A stretch of 64,000 nt of DNA from an uncultured Chloroflexia bacterium (GTDB taxonomy: Bacteria > Chloroflexota > Limnocylindria > Limnocylindrales > CSP1-4), in assembly GCA_963707215.1 (NCBI GenBank), contig CAVPPB010000003.1:608001-672000 (forward strand), read 5' to 3'. The notes beneath the pieces were generated by a model that had not been told where the DNA came from, ran no database searches, and saw only the letters and a list, made by a program, of their open reading frames with translations. This document shows positions 1-10,456 of this stretch, one piece after another; position 1 is the stretch's first letter; every line of letters begins with the position of its first letter. Made by a program: the position numbers and the translations under genes.

Positions 1-897
1 CCGATCCGGCTCGGGGAGCACGGTCGGGGCCGGCCCGTCGGCGGCCAGTTCCCCGAGGCGGACAAGGAGGGCCTGCTTCTCATCGGCCAGTCGTTCCCAG
101 CCCCGCTGGCGGTACCGGCGAACGAGGGCCAGGTGGACCGACGGCTCGGTCGGATCGAGGGCCAGGGCCCGGTAGCAGGCGTCGAGGGCGGCGTCGGGAC
201 GATCCGCCTCGGCATGGGCATCGGCCGCAGCGACCAGGGCGACCCGGGCCGCGGCCGGATCGCCCGCCTCGAGAGCGGCCTCGGCACGGTCCTCGAACGC
301 CGACGCCTCGAGCGGCTCTGGCTCGGGTCCCGGACCGCTGTCTGCCGCGGCCGGTGTCTCTGCACCCGCTCCCTGCTCGGGCGTCGGCCTCGGCTCCAGC
401 GGGCCGGTCAGCAGCCGGTCCGCCCGCTCGAGCGTGGCCGCGGCGGAGGCCGACGGGCCGGCCGTGCGCAGCAGGTCGACCAGGCGGCTCACGGTCGCCC
501 GCCGCTCGCGCAATTCGGCCAGCGACAGCGCCAGGACGGACGTCTCCAGGGCCTCGGCGACGCGCCCGTCGGACTCCTGGACCTCGGCGAGCAGGTCCAG
601 GCTGACGGCGGCCTCGGCCGGCCGCCCAAGGGCCTGGAGGGCATCGGAGCGACCGGCGAGGGCTGCCTCATCGCGCGCCGACCGGGACAGGGCCGCGTCG
701 AAGGCGACCAGGCCGTCGGCGGGCCGGCCGACCCGCTGGTAGAGCCCACCGATCCCGATGTGCGGGAGCGCCCGTTCGGGTGCGATCGCGGCGGCTTCGG
801 CGTACGCCCCGAGAGCCGCCTCGACCTGGCCGCGCAGGGCCGCGACGTGGCCGCGCCGGAGCGCGTCCTTGTAGCGCTCGTAGACCGCCTGGCTCAT
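1..897 (-). CDS. TPR-like helical repeat protein (partial, runs off the left edge)
   Basis: Not in the ORF track. Manual translation from ATG 897 (SD GAGGTGG) gives MSQAVYERYKDALRRGHVAALRGQVEAALGAYAEAAAIAPERALPHIGIGGLYQRVGRP..., a TPR-like A/G/Y/P pattern. Confidence 0.7.
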   Translation of the reverse strand, partial: MSQAVYERYKDALRRGHVAALRGQVEAALGAYAEAAAIAPERALPHIGIGGLYQRVGRPADGLVAFDAALSRSARDEAALAGRSDALQALGRPAEAAVSLDLLAEVQESDGRVAEALETSVLALSLAELRERRATVSRLVDLLRTAGPSASAAATLERADRLLTGPLEPRPTPEQGAGAETPAAADSGPGPEPEPLEASAFEDRAEAALEAGDPAAARVALVAAADAHAEADRPDAALDACYRALALDPTEPSVHLALVRRYRQRGWERLADEKQALLVRLGELAADGPAPTVLPEPDR

Positions 898-970
898 CCC
901 CACCTCGACCGACCGACGGGCCGGCAGCGACCGCGTCGGGTCTCGAGGGTACCCGACCCGGCGGTCCGGG

Positions 971-1369
971 TCAGCGCTTCGTGTACTGCGGCGCCTTGCG
1001 GGCCCGCTTGAGCCCGTACTTCTTGCGCTCCTTCATCCGCGGATCACGGGTCAGGAGCCCGTTCTGGCGGAGCGGGGCGCGGTAGGACTCGCGGTCGATC
1101 TCCAGGAGGGCCCGGGCGATGCCATGGCGGATGGCACCGGCCTGGCCCGTGACCCCGCCGCCCTCGACCTTGACCATCGCGTTGTATTGGCCCTCGGTGC
1201 CGGTGACACGGAACGGGAGGCGGATGTCCGCCTCGCTCACCGCGTTGCCGAAGTGCTCGTAGAGGGAGCGGCCGTTGACGACGATCTCGCCCTCCCCATC
1301 GATGAGACGGACCCGGGCGACCGAGGTCTTCCGACGGCCGGTCCCGGAATGGAACGCTGGCGTTGACAT
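971..1369 (-). CDS. rpsI: 30S ribosomal protein uS9
   Basis: [48 protein letters not shown]. Confidence 0.99.
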   Translation of the reverse strand: MSTPAFHSGTGRRKTSVARVRLIDGEGEIVVNGRSLYEHFGNAVSEADIRLPFRVTGTEGQYNAMVKVEGGGVTGQAGAIRHGIARALLEIDRESYRAPLRQNGLLTRDPRMKERKKYGLKRARKAPQYTKR

Positions 1370-1383
1370 CGACGACTCCTCCC

Positions 1384-1815
1384 TCAGGCGAGCGGCTCAG
1401 GCCGCTGGGCCTGATGCGGGTGGTCGGGACCGGCGTAGATCTTCAGCTTGCGGAGCTGCTGCGCACCCAGCCGATTGTGGGGCAGCATCCCCTTGACCGC
1501 CCGGCGGACGGCCTCCTCGGGGCGGCGCTCAAGCAGGTGGCCAAGGGTCTCGTGGCGGAGGCCCTGCGGGTAGCCCGTGTGGCGCATGTAGAGCTTGGTC
1601 CGGCGCTTGTCCCGGCTCACGGCGACGCGCGCCGCGTTCAGGACGATCACGTGGTCGCCCGTGTCGAGGTGGGATGCGTAGGTGGGCTTGTGCTTGCCCT
1701 CGAGGACACGGGCGATCCGCGACGCGAGCCGGCCGAGCGTCTCGTCCGTCGCATCGACGACGTACCAGCGTCGCTCGATCTCGCCCGCGCGAGGGGTGTA
1801 CGTCTTCGCGGTCAT
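1384..1815 (-). CDS. rplM: 50S ribosomal protein uL13
   Basis: [35 protein letters not shown]. Confidence 0.99.
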   Translation of the reverse strand: MTAKTYTPRAGEIERRWYVVDATDETLGRLASRIARVLEGKHKPTYASHLDTGDHVIVLNAARVAVSRDKRRTKLYMRHTGYPQGLRHETLGHLLERRPEEAVRRAVKGMLPHNRLGAQQLRKLKIYAGPDHPHQAQRPEPLA

Positions 1816-2576
1816 CGTTCCTCGTGTTCTCCATCGCGGGCCTGCCCGGTCCGCCCGAGGGCGACCCGTCGCAGGCAGAGGCCCTTCGCCGGGGCGCTCG
1901 CCCCATTGAGGGCCGGACGGCCGGCGGCCAGGGCCGCCGCCACGTCTGCCTCATCGATCCTTCCACGGCCGACCTCGATGAGGACGGCCACGATCCGGCG
2001 GACCATCCCCCGGAGGAAGGCGTCCGCTCGGACGTCGATCGTCACGAGCCGGCCCTTCCGCCGGACCCGGACCGCATGAACGGTCCGGACGGTGCCGGTC
2101 TGGTTCGCCGCCCCGAAGGCCCGGAAGTCGTGCCGGCCCTCCAGGACCGACCCGGCCCGCGCCATCGCGGCGGTGTCGAGCGGGGCCCGCAATCCGAGCG
2201 CGAAGCGCTCGTTGAGCGGGCTTGGCGGCCCGTTCCAGACGGTGTAGCGGTACTCCCGGTACCGCGCCGCGTGGCGGGGATGGAACCTGGTGTCCACCTG
2301 GCGCAGGTCGCGGATCGCGACATCCGCCGGGAGGAGGGCTCCCAAGGCCCGCTGCAATCCCTCGGCCGTGAGCCGACCGCGGTAGGTGAACGCGATCACC
2401 TGGTCCGCGGCGTGCACTCCGGCGTCGGTCCTGCCGGCTCCGTCGACCACGACCCTGACGCCCACCAGGCGTCGGAGCGCGGCCTCGAGCTCCCCTTGGA
2501 CCGTCCGGGTCCCCGACTGGGCCTGGAACCCGGCGAAGTCCGTGCCGTCGTATTCGACCCGCGCGACATAGCGCAC
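1812..2576 (-). CDS. truA: tRNA pseudouridine(38-40) synthase TruA
   Basis: GTG start at 2576; EYDGTDFAGFQ, GAGRTDAGVHA, GRHDF, FLRGMVR, SAPAKGLCL. Confidence 0.96.
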   Translation of the reverse strand: MRYVARVEYDGTDFAGFQAQSGTRTVQGELEAALRRLVGVRVVVDGAGRTDAGVHAADQVIAFTYRGRLTAEGLQRALGALLPADVAIRDLRQVDTRFHPRHAARYREYRYTVWNGPPSPLNERFALGLRAPLDTAAMARAGSVLEGRHDFRAFGAANQTGTVRTVHAVRVRRKGRLVTIDVRADAFLRGMVRRIVAVLIEVGRGRIDEADVAAALAAGRPALNGASAPAKGLCLRRVALGRTGQARDGEHEER

Positions 2577-2607
2577 GGGCGCGCCCTCTCGAGCGCCTTC
2601 GCCGCGG

Positions 2608-2961
2608 TCAGACGAGCTCGATCTGGACGATCTCAGCTGCGTCGCCGGGCCGCTGGCCGATCCGGACGATCCGGGTGAACCCGGACTGCCGGTCGGCGTA
2701 CTTCGGGGCGATCTCATCGAATAGCTTCTTGACGACGAGCGGCTCGTTGGGCATCTCCGAGATGACCGTCCGCCGCGCGGTGAGGTCGCCCTTCTTGGCA
2801 AGGGTGATCATCCGCTCGACCCGACCCCGGATCTCCTTGGCCTTCGCCTCGGTGGTCCGGATGCGCTCGTAGCGCAGCACCGACACCGTGAGGTTGCGGT
2901 AGAGGGCCATCCGTGGGCCGTGCTTCCGACCGAGCTTGCGGCCGTCGATGCGGTGCGCCAT
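2608..2961 (-). CDS. rplQ: 50S ribosomal protein bL17
   Basis: MAHRIDGRKLGR, ERIRTTEAKAKE, R.GD.AE. Confidence 0.98.
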   Translation of the reverse strand: MAHRIDGRKLGRKHGPRMALYRNLTVSVLRYERIRTTEAKAKEIRGRVERMITLAKKGDLTARRTVISEMPNEPLVVKKLFDEIAPKYADRQSGFTRIVRIGQRPGDAAEIVQIELV

Positions 2962-2962
2962 C

Positions 2963-3958
2963 TCAGGCCTCCACCTCGGCCGTCTCCTCGTCGACCAGGA
3001 TCTCGTCGGCCTCCGCGCCGTCGGCAACCTCGTCGTCAGGCAGGATGAAGCCGCGCATCCGGAGGCGCTCCTTCATCTCGTCGAGCGACTTCTTGCCGAA
3101 GTTGCGCATCCGCAGCAGGTCGTCGTCCTTCAGCTGGAGGAGCTGACCCACCTTGACGATGTTGTTGCGCTTGAGCGAGTTGTAGGCCCGCATCGGGAGA
3201 TCGAGCTCCTCGATCGGCATGTCGAGCATGTTCGGCGGCAGTGCCGGGGTACCCGGCGCGGCCGGCTCCACGATCGGGGCGATGCCGATCGTGGCGAACG
3301 GCTGGAACTCCCGGATCAGGATGCCAGCGGCCTTGCTGAGCGCGTCCTGGGGACCGACCGTCCCGTCGGTCTCGACCTCGAGGGTCAGCTTGTCGTAGTT
3401 GGTCATCTGGCCGACGCGCATGCTCTCGACGCGGTAGTTGACCTTCCGGACCGGGGTGAAGATCGCATCGACGGCGATCACGCCGATCGGCAGCTGCTCG
3501 GCCCGCTCGGTCCCGAGGTAGCCGATCCCGCGCTCGACGGTCAGGTCCATCTCGACCGTGACGTCGTCGGCGTCGATCGTCATCAGGACCACATCGGGAT
3601 TGACGATCTCGATGTCGGCAGACTCGGCGATGTCTGCGGCGGTGACGGGACCGGCCCCGCTCTTGAGGAGCCGCAGCGCCACCGGGTGCGAGGCGTAGCT
3701 CTTGAGGCGGAGCTTCTTGACGTTCAGGACGATCTGGGTGACGTCCTCCTTGACGCCGGGGATCGTCGAGAACTCCTGGTAGACGTCACGGATCTGGATG
3801 GAGGTCACCGCGGCGCCCTCGAGGGACGACAGGAGCACGCGACGGAGGGCGTTCCCGATCGTCACGCCGTAGCCGGCCTGGAGGGGGCCGGCCTCGTACT
3901 TGCCGTAGGTCCCGGCTTCCTCGACGGGCTCGATCTGCGGGGTCTCGAGTTCGATCAT
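2963..3958 (-). CDS. rpoA: RNA polymerase alpha subunit
   Basis: GYGVTIGNALRRVLLSS, DAIFTPV, YDKLTLEVETDG, alphaCTD RAYNSLKR / NFGKKSLDE. Confidence 0.99.
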   Translation of the reverse strand: MIELETPQIEPVEEAGTYGKYEAGPLQAGYGVTIGNALRRVLLSSLEGAAVTSIQIRDVYQEFSTIPGVKEDVTQIVLNVKKLRLKSYASHPVALRLLKSGAGPVTAADIAESADIEIVNPDVVLMTIDADDVTVEMDLTVERGIGYLGTERAEQLPIGVIAVDAIFTPVRKVNYRVESMRVGQMTNYDKLTLEVETDGTVGPQDALSKAAGILIREFQPFATIGIAPIVEPAAPGTPALPPNMLDMPIEELDLPMRAYNSLKRNNIVKVGQLLQLKDDDLLRMRNFGKKSLDEMKERLRMRGFILPDDEVADGAEADEILVDEETAEVEA

Positions 3959-3968
3959 CGTGTGGTGC

Positions 3969-4595
3969 TTACCTCGAGTAGTACTCGACCACGAGCTGCT
4001 CGTTGAGGTCCTGGGGCATCTGCTCCCGACGAGGCGGCTCGACGATCGAGGCGGCGAGCTTCGCCGCATCGACGCTGAGCCACTCCGGGGCCTGGTGCGA
4101 GCGAAGGGTCTCCTTGACCAGCTTGAACGGCTCTCGCGACATCCGCGACTCGCGGACCTCGATGCGATCGCCGGGCTTCAGCTGGAACGATGGGATGTCC
4201 GTCGGGCGGCCGTTGACGGCGAAGTGCCCATGGCCGACGAGCTGCCTGGCCTGGGCCCGGGAGTTCGCGAAGCCAGCCCGGTAGACGGCGTTGTCGAGCC
4301 GCAGCTCGAGCATCCGGAGGAGGTTCTCACCGGTGACACCCGGGCGCATCTCGGCGCTGTCGAAGTAGTTCTTGAACTGGCGCTCGAGGACGCCGTAGAC
4401 GCGGCGGACCTTCTGCTTCTCGCGAAGCTGGAGACCGTAGTCCCCGACCTTGCGGCGGCGGACGCCGTGCTGTCCGGGCGGGCTCGGGCGCCGCTCGAAC
4501 GCGCACTTCTTGGTGTAGCAGCGCGAGCCCTTGAGGTAGAGCTTCATGCCCTCGCGGCGGCAGAGGCGGCAGACGGAGTCGGTGTAGCGAGCCAT
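3969..4595 (-). CDS. rpsD: 30S ribosomal protein uS4 (Zn-binding Cys type)
   Basis: [37 protein letters not shown]. Confidence 0.99.
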   Translation of the reverse strand: MARYTDSVCRLCRREGMKLYLKGSRCYTKKCAFERRPSPPGQHGVRRRKVGDYGLQLREKQKVRRVYGVLERQFKNYFDSAEMRPGVTGENLLRMLELRLDNAVYRAGFANSRAQARQLVGHGHFAVNGRPTDIPSFQLKPGDRIEVRESRMSREPFKLVKETLRSHQAPEWLSVDAAKLAASIVEPPRREQMPQDLNEQLVVEYYSR

Positions 4596-4610
4596 GGTCA
4601 GGACCCCCGC

Positions 4611-5006
4611 TCAGACGCGGCGCCGCTTGGGCGGGCGGCATCCGTTGTGGGGGATGGGCGTCACGTCGGTGATCGCAGTGACCTCGATGCCGGCCGCCTG
4701 GAGGGACCGGATGGCCTGTTCGCGGCCGGCCCCGGGGCCCTTCACGAAGACCTCGACCTGGCGCAGGCCATGCTCCATGGCCTTCTTCGCGGCCACGTCG
4801 GCCGACAGGGCCGCCGCGTAGGGCGTGCTCTTCCGAGAGCCCTTGAAGCCGGCCACACCGGCCGAGCCCCAGCTGAGGACGTTGCCCGACGGATCGGTCA
4901 GGGTGATGATCGTGTTGTTGAACGACGCCTGGATGTGGGCATGCCCCTGGGGCACGTTCTTGCGCTCCCGGCGTCGCTGTTTCGGCGCTCGCTTGCGATC
5001 GGCCAC
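4611..5006 (-). CDS. rpsK: 30S ribosomal protein uS11
   Basis: GTG start; [39 protein letters not shown]. Confidence 0.99.
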   Translation of the reverse strand: MADRKRAPKQRRRERKNVPQGHAHIQASFNNTIITLTDPSGNVLSWGSAGVAGFKGSRKSTPYAAALSADVAAKKAMEHGLRQVEVFVKGPGAGREQAIRSLQAAGIEVTAITDVTPIPHNGCRPPKRRRV

Positions 5007-5022
5007 GGCGGTCCGGTTCCCC

Positions 5023-5400
5023 TTACTTCTTGGCTTTCTTCCGAGCGCCGACCGTCCGCTTGGGACCGCGCCGCTGGCGTGCATTGGTCTTGGTGCGCTG
5101 GCCACGAGACGGCAGGTTGCGCCGGTGCCGCAGCCCCCGGTACGACCCGATCTCGATGAGCCGCTTGACGTTGAGGGCGACCTCTCGACGGAGATCACCC
5201 TCGACCTTGTAGGTCCGGTCGACCACCTCGCGGAGGCGGTTGACCTGGTCCTCGGTCAGGTCACGGACTCGGGTGTCCGGGTTGATGCTGGTCTGCGCGA
5301 GGACCTTCTGCGACGTCGGCAGGCCGATGCCGTAGATGTAGGTGAGGGCGACCTCGACGCGCTTCTCGCGGGGGATGTCGATTCCGGCGATACGTGCCAT
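5023..5400 (-). CDS. rpsM: 30S ribosomal protein uS13
   Basis: [39 protein letters not shown]. Confidence 0.99.
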   Translation of the reverse strand: MARIAGIDIPREKRVEVALTYIYGIGLPTSQKVLAQTSINPDTRVRDLTEDQVNRLREVVDRTYKVEGDLRREVALNVKRLIEIGSYRGLRHRRNLPSRGQRTKTNARQRRGPKRTVGARKKAKK

Positions 5401-5403
5401 CGG

Positions 5404-5517
5404 CTAGCCCTGCCGCTGCTTGTGCTTGGGATTGGTACAGATGACCATCACGGTCCCGTGGCGACGGATGACCTTGCAGTTGTCGCAGCGGGCCTTGACG
5501 GATGCTCTGACTTTCAA
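5404..5517 (-). CDS. rpmJ: 50S ribosomal protein bL36
   Basis: Below the ORF-track cutoff. TTG start; [37 protein letters not shown]. Confidence 0.98.
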   Translation of the reverse strand: MKVRASVKARCDNCKVIRRHGTVMVICTNPKHKQRQG

Positions 5518-5533
5518 CGCGTCCTCGCGGTGC

Positions 5534-5752
5534 TCACTTGAGCCGGTAGGTGATCCGGCCGCGGGTCAGGTCGTAGGGCGACAGCTCCACCCGGACCCGG
5601 TCGCCCGGGAGGATTCGGATGAAGTTCATCCGGAGCTTGCCGCTGATGTGGGCAAGGACACGGTGACCGCTCTCGAGCTCGACCGCGAACATGGTGTTCG
5701 GCAGCGGTTCGATGACGGTCCCCTCGACCTCGATCGCGTCCTTCTTACCCAA
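5534..5752 (-). CDS. infA: Translation initiation factor IF-1
   Basis: TTG start; [36 protein letters not shown]. Confidence 0.98.
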   Translation of the reverse strand: MGKKDAIEVEGTVIEPLPNTMFAVELESGHRVLAHISGKLRMNFIRILPGDRVRVELSPYDLTRGRITYRLK

Positions 5753-5814
5753 CGATATCGTTTCCTCATGTCGCGACGAGTGCCGGCCCGACGCGGGCCG
5801 ACACACGAACGCGT

Positions 5815-5844
5815 AGCGTATCAGACGAATGGCAGAACCGGCAA
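5815..5844 (-). promoter_or_regulatory. Putative sigma70 promoter for infA and the alpha operon
   Basis: TTGCCG-N18-TACGCT with extended -10 TG, in the map-infA intergenic region. Confidence 0.55.
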
Positions 5845-5861
5845 CCGCGGCCTCGACCCGC

Positions 5862-6647
5862 TCACAGCGCGGTCAGGACCTCCGGGCCGTCGTCGGTGAT
5901 GGCGATGGTGTCCTCGAAGTGGGCGGCCAGGGATCCGTCCGTCGTCGCGACGGTCCAGCCGTCCTCGAGGACGGCGACGGCTGGGTCGCCGATGGTCAGC
6001 ATCGGTTCGATCGCCAGCGTGTGACCCGGCTCGAGCCGGATCCCCGCGGTCGCCGTGCGGTAGTTCGGGATCTGCGGCGCCTCGTGCATGTCGGTCCCGA
6101 TCCCATGGCCGACGAACTGGCGGACGATGCCGAAACCCGCCTCGTGGGCGACGTCCTCGACGGCCCCTGAGATGTCGATGATGCGGGCCCCCCGGACAGC
6201 CGCGGCGATGCCGGCATCGAGGGCGGCACGGGTCGACTCGACGAGCCGACGGGCATCCTCCCCCACCATCCCCACGGTCCAGGTGCGGGCCGCGTCACCG
6301 TGCCAGCCGTCGATGGAGCACCCGGCGTCGACCGACACGAGTTGGCCGTCCTCGATCATCCGTGCGCCCGGGATACCATGGACGACCTCGTTGTCGATGG
6401 AGAGACAGATCGTCGCCGGATACGCCCCGGGACCGTCCCCGTAGCGGCCGGCACCGAGATAGCCCTTGAACGACGGGATGGCTCCGTTGGCCCGCATGTG
6501 GCCCTCCGCGATCGCGTCGAGCCGGGACGCCGACAGGCCCGGCCGGAGCTCGGCCTCGATGAGGGCGAGCACCTCGGCGACGACGCGACCGGCGCGACGC
6601 ATCCGCTCGACCTCCTGGCGCGACTTGCGGGTGACAGGGCGGCTCAG
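5862..6647 (-). CDS. map: Type I methionine aminopeptidase
   Basis: VVHGIP, DAG...GD.A, GHGIG..MHE.P, AIEPM, AHFEDT. Start is either CTG 6647 (after SD GGAGGT) or ATG 6602. Confidence 0.96.
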   Translation of the reverse strand: MSRPVTRKSRQEVERMRRAGRVVAEVLALIEAELRPGLSASRLDAIAEGHMRANGAIPSFKGYLGAGRYGDGPGAYPATICLSIDNEVVHGIPGARMIEDGQLVSVDAGCSIDGWHGDAARTWTVGMVGEDARRLVESTRAALDAGIAAAVRGARIIDISGAVEDVAHEAGFGIVRQFVGHGIGTDMHEAPQIPNYRTATAGIRLEPGHTLAIEPMLTIGDPAVAVLEDGWTVATTDGSLAAHFEDTIAITDDGPEVLTAL

Positions 6648-7309
6648 CCTCGACCTCCGGAGGTGGCGGCGATGGCGTCGAGGAGCGAGCTGCTCACCGC
6701 ATCGATGGGCTGATCACCGTCGACCTGCCGGAGCAGACCGCGCTGTCGGTAGTGCTCGACGACCTCGTCGAGCGCACCGAGCTGGCTGGCCAGGCGAGCC
6801 CGGACCGTCTCGGGCCGGTCATCGTCGCGCTGGACCAGGCGGGAGCCGTCGACGTCGCAGCGACCCGGCTCCCTGGGCGGATTGGACGACTCGTTGTAGA
6901 CGTGTCCCGCGGCCTCGCAGATCCAGCGTCCCGACAGTCGCCTGACGAGGACGTCGTCCTGGACCGCGATGAGGAGGGCACACCCGAGCCGGGCGCCATC
7001 GGCGGCCAGTGCCCGGTCCAGGGCCTCGGCCTGGCCCCGGGTGCGCGGGAAGCCGTCGAGGACGACGCCCGCCTGGGCGTCCGGTCGGGCCAGGCGCGCC
7101 CGGAGCATGTCGATGACGATGGCATCGGGCACGAGCTCGCCACGGTCCATGAAGGCCTTGGCCTGGAGCCCGATCGCCGTGGCCTCGCGGACCTCGGTCC
7201 GGAAGAGGTCGCCGGTCGCCACATGGATCAGCCCGAGCCGCTCGGCCAGCAGAACGGCCTGGGTGCCCTTCCCTGCTCCGGGAGGGCCGAGCAGGACGAC
7301 CAACCTCAC
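6644..7309 (-). CDS. adk: Adenylate kinase
   Basis: GPPGAGKGTQA, LDGFPRT, LID region C..GHVY..C, QRDDD. Confidence 0.98.
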   Translation of the reverse strand: MRLVVLLGPPGAGKGTQAVLLAERLGLIHVATGDLFRTEVREATAIGLQAKAFMDRGELVPDAIVIDMLRARLARPDAQAGVVLDGFPRTRGQAEALDRALAADGARLGCALLIAVQDDVLVRRLSGRWICEAAGHVYNESSNPPREPGRCDVDGSRLVQRDDDRPETVRARLASQLGALDEVVEHYRQRGLLRQVDGDQPIDAVSSSLLDAIAATSGGRG

Positions 7310-8583
7310 CGGATGAAGCCCTCGTAGTTGCGCATCAGCAGCTGGGCTTCGATCTGCTTCATCGTCTCGACGACGACGCTCACGGTGATGAGCAGGCCGG
7401 TCCCGCCGAGGGCGAGGTTGCCAAGGGATGGGAGCACTGCCGACATCACGTACGGGGCCACCGCCACCGAGCCCAGGAAGAGGGCTCCGGCGAGGGTGAT
7501 CCGGGTCACGACCTTGGCCAGGTACTCCTGGGTCGGCCGGCCGGGACGGATGCCCGGGATGAACCCGCCGTTCTTGCGAAGCTGCTCGGCGGTCTCATCC
7601 GGCTTGAAGGTGAAGGCCGTGTAGAAGTACGTGAAGCCGACGGTCAGCAGGAAGTACAGCAGGGCGTAGACGAACTGGTTCTGGAAGAACTGGACGATCG
7701 CGTTGGCGATGTCGGCGACGATCGTGATGTCTGAGGTCGTGAAGTACTGGGCGATCTGGGCCGGGAACAGCAGGATGCTGACGGCGAAGATGATGGGGAT
7801 GACGCCGGCCATGTTGACCCGCAGGGGCAGGAACGTCTGGCCACCCTGATAGAGGCGTCGCCCGCGCACCCGGCTGGCGTATTGGATCGGGATCCGCCGC
7901 TGGCCCTCCTGGATGTAGATGATCACGGCGACCGCGGCCACCGCGACGATCGCGAACGCGACGCCGGCGACGAGGTCCGGGTTGGTCAGGAAGGCGACGA
8001 TGGCAGTCGGTGCCCGACTCACGATCCCGGCGAAGATGATGAAGCTGATGCCGTTCCCGATGCCCTTCTCGGTGATGAGCTCGCCGAGCCACATCAGGGT
8101 GACCGAGCCCGCGGTCAGAGTGATGATCTGGGTGAGTGTCTCGAAGGACGCCAGGTCGAACGGGGTGGTCAGGACGTTCTGCGAGTTGAGCAGGGCCAGG
8201 AAGCCGTAGGCCTGCACGGCCGCCAGCGGCACCGACAGGTAGCGGGTGTACTGGTTGATCTTGTTGCGCCCGTACTCGCCCTCACGGCTCAGCTGCTGGA
8301 GGGACGGGATGACCCCGGTCATCAGCTGCATGATGATCGAGGCGTTGATGAACGGGTTCACCCCGAGGCCGACGATGGAGAAGTTCGAGAGGCCGCCACC
8401 GGAGAAGAGGTCCAGCAGCCCGAAGATCGCGTTGTTCTCGAAGAACTGGTCCAGGGCCTCGCGATCGACGCCCGGCACCGGCACGTGGGCGAGCAACCGG
8501 AAGACGATCAGGATCCCCAGGACGTAGAGGATCCGGCGCCGGATGTCCGGCGCCCGGAAGGCGTTGAGAAGGGACTCGAACAC
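7306..8583 (-). CDS. secY: Preprotein translocase SecY
   Basis: About 10 TM segments; ASII.QL, MWLGE.I...GIGNG.S, AGVIPIIFA, FIPGIRPG, GGTGLLI. Confidence 0.99.
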   Translation of the reverse strand: MFESLLNAFRAPDIRRRILYVLGILIVFRLLAHVPVPGVDREALDQFFENNAIFGLLDLFSGGGLSNFSIVGLGVNPFINASIIMQLMTGVIPSLQQLSREGEYGRNKINQYTRYLSVPLAAVQAYGFLALLNSQNVLTTPFDLASFETLTQIITLTAGSVTLMWLGELITEKGIGNGISFIIFAGIVSRAPTAIVAFLTNPDLVAGVAFAIVAVAAVAVIIYIQEGQRRIPIQYASRVRGRRLYQGGQTFLPLRVNMAGVIPIIFAVSILLFPAQIAQYFTTSDITIVADIANAIVQFFQNQFVYALLYFLLTVGFTYFYTAFTFKPDETAEQLRKNGGFIPGIRPGRPTQEYLAKVVTRITLAGALFLGSVAVAPYVMSAVLPSLGNLALGGTGLLITVSVVVETMKQIEAQLLMRNYEGFIR

Positions 8584-8585
8584 GG

Positions 8586-9332
8586 TCAGGCGTCGGCCGG
8601 GGTGGACCCTTCAGGGTCGTCGCCCGCCGGCTGGCTGGTCGGGACCTCCGTCGCCGCCTCGGTCGTCTCGACGGGCTGCGTCGCCTTGGCCCGGCTGCGG
8701 CGCGGACGGGCGGCCGGCTTCGCCGCGGGTGCCTCGTCCACCTTGTCCGCCTGGGGCTCGTCCGACGGCTCCGGCGTCGTCTCGACGGGCTGGCCGACCT
8801 CCTCGACTCCGAGGGCCTGCATCGGCCGTGTCGGCACCTCGAGGACCTGGACGCTGCCACCGGCCCGCTCGATCTTCTCGACGGCCGATCGGGTGAAGGC
8901 GTCGGCGACCACGAACAGGGCCACGTCGATCTCCCCGTGTCCGAGGATCTTGAGCGGCTTGTCGAGCGTGGTGACGAGCCCGGTGGCCCGGAGGATCTCC
9001 TGGTTGACCGTGATCGGGGCCGCCTTGCCCTTCTTGGTCCCCGTCTCGACCGACTCGAGGCGGCCGGCCGCCACGAGGTCGGCGATCCGGCCGATGTTCA
9101 CGACCTCGTACTCGACCCTGAAGGGGTTGCGGAAGCCGCGGAGCTTGGGGATGCGGACGTGGAGCGGCGTCTGGCCGCCCTCGAACCACGGCGCGATCGA
9201 GCCGCCGGCCCGGGACTTCTGTCCCTTGGTGCCCCGTCCGGCGGTCTTGCCCTTGCCGGCCGCGATGCCGCGACCGACCCGGGTCCGGGGACGGCGGGAG
9301 CCGTCGGCGGGGCGGAGGTCGTGGAGCTTCAT
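8586..9332 (-). CDS. rplO: 50S ribosomal protein uL15 with long C-terminal extension
   Basis: RVGRGIAAGKGKTAGRGTKGQKSR, FEGGQTPL, KIERAGG, followed by a ~75-aa P/E/A/T-rich tail. Confidence 0.98.
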   Translation of the reverse strand: MKLHDLRPADGSRRPRTRVGRGIAAGKGKTAGRGTKGQKSRAGGSIAPWFEGGQTPLHVRIPKLRGFRNPFRVEYEVVNIGRIADLVAAGRLESVETGTKKGKAAPITVNQEILRATGLVTTLDKPLKILGHGEIDVALFVVADAFTRSAVEKIERAGGSVQVLEVPTRPMQALGVEEVGQPVETTPEPSDEPQADKVDEAPAAKPAARPRRSRAKATQPVETTEAATEVPTSQPAGDDPEGSTPADA

Positions 9333-9532
9333 GCCTTCTCCTGGGACTCGGGGATCTCCTCGACGCTGACGAGGAAGCGGACCTGCCGGACCATCCCCCG
9401 CGTCGCCGGGTTGTCGGGGACCTCGACGGTGTCGCCGATCCGCTTCAGGCCGAGGGCGCGGATCGTCGCCCGGTTGCGGGCGATGTGGCTGATCGTGCTC
9501 TTGACCTGGGTGACGCGCAGCCTACCGGGCAT
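9329..9532 (-). CDS. rpmD: 50S ribosomal protein uL30
   Basis: [21 protein letters not shown]; canonical position. Confidence 0.97.
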   Translation of the reverse strand: MPGRLRVTQVKSTISHIARNRATIRALGLKRIGDTVEVPDNPATRGMVRQVRFLVSVEEIPESQEKA

Positions 9533-10055
9533 CGCCGGCCTCCCCACTCGGCTGCCCCGAGACGAAGGCCCGGACCGGCACGCCGCGCCGGGCGCTGACC
9601 TCCTCGGCTGACTCGAGCTGGGCGAGCGCGCCGAGGGTCGCCCGGACGACGTTCACCGGGTTCGTCGAACCATAGACCTTGGAGAGGATGTCCTTGATCC
9701 CGGCCGCCTCCACGACCGCCCGGACCGATCCGCCGGCGATGACCCCGGTGCCCTGGGAGGCGGGGCGGAGCATGACCCTGGCGGCCGCGTACTCGGTGCG
9801 GACCTCGTGGGGGATCGTCGTGCCCTGGCGGGGGATCCGGATGATGTGCTTCTTGGCGTCCTCGACGCCCTTCCGGATCGACTCGGGGACCTCGCCGGCC
9901 TTGCCGAGCCCTACGCCCACGTGGCCGTCGCCATCGCCGACGACGACGACGGCACTGAAGCTGAAGCGCCGGCCGCCCTTGACGACCTTGGCGACGCGGT
10001 TGATCTGGACGACGCGCTCCTCGAGCGCGAGCTTGTTCGGGTCGATCTTGGCCAT
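9522..10055 (-). CDS. rpsE: 30S ribosomal protein uS5
   Basis: [30 protein letters not shown]. Confidence 0.99.
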   Translation of the reverse strand: MAKIDPNKLALEERVVQINRVAKVVKGGRRFSFSAVVVVGDGDGHVGVGLGKAGEVPESIRKGVEDAKKHIIRIPRQGTTIPHEVRTEYAAARVMLRPASQGTGVIAGGSVRAVVEAAGIKDILSKVYGSTNPVNVVRATLGALAQLESAEEVSARRGVPVRAFVSGQPSGEAGDAR

Positions 10056-10071
10056 TGGTTCGTCGCTCCTC

Positions 10072-10434
10072 TCAGAAGTCGAGGCCGGCGCCCCGGGCGG
10101 CGTCCGCAAGGGAGCGAACGCGTCCGTGGTACCGGAACCCGGCCCGATCGAGGACGACCTTCGAGACGCCGGCGGCCTTGGCCCGCTCGGCGATGAGTCG
10201 CCCCACGGAGGCAGCCGCTTCCGACTTCGACCCCTCGGACCCGCGAAGGTCCTTTTCCAGGGTCGAGGCGGCGGCCAGCGTCCTGCCCGTCGTGTCGTCG
10301 ATGACCTGGGCGTAGATGTGGTTCAGGCTGCGGAAGACCGCGAGACGCGGTCGCTCGGGCGAGCCCGAGACCCGCAGGCGGATCCGCTGGTGGCGCTTAT
10401 GCCGCGCCGCGGTCCGGCTGGCGACCTGCGTCAT
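10072..10434 (-). CDS. rplR: 50S ribosomal protein uL18
   Basis: [27 protein letters not shown]. Confidence 0.98.
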   Translation of the reverse strand: MTQVASRTAARHKRHQRIRLRVSGSPERPRLAVFRSLNHIYAQVIDDTTGRTLAAASTLEKDLRGSEGSKSEAAASVGRLIAERAKAAGVSKVVLDRAGFRYHGRVRSLADAARGAGLDF

Positions 10435-10456
10435 GCTCTCGATCCCCTCGTCGTTC

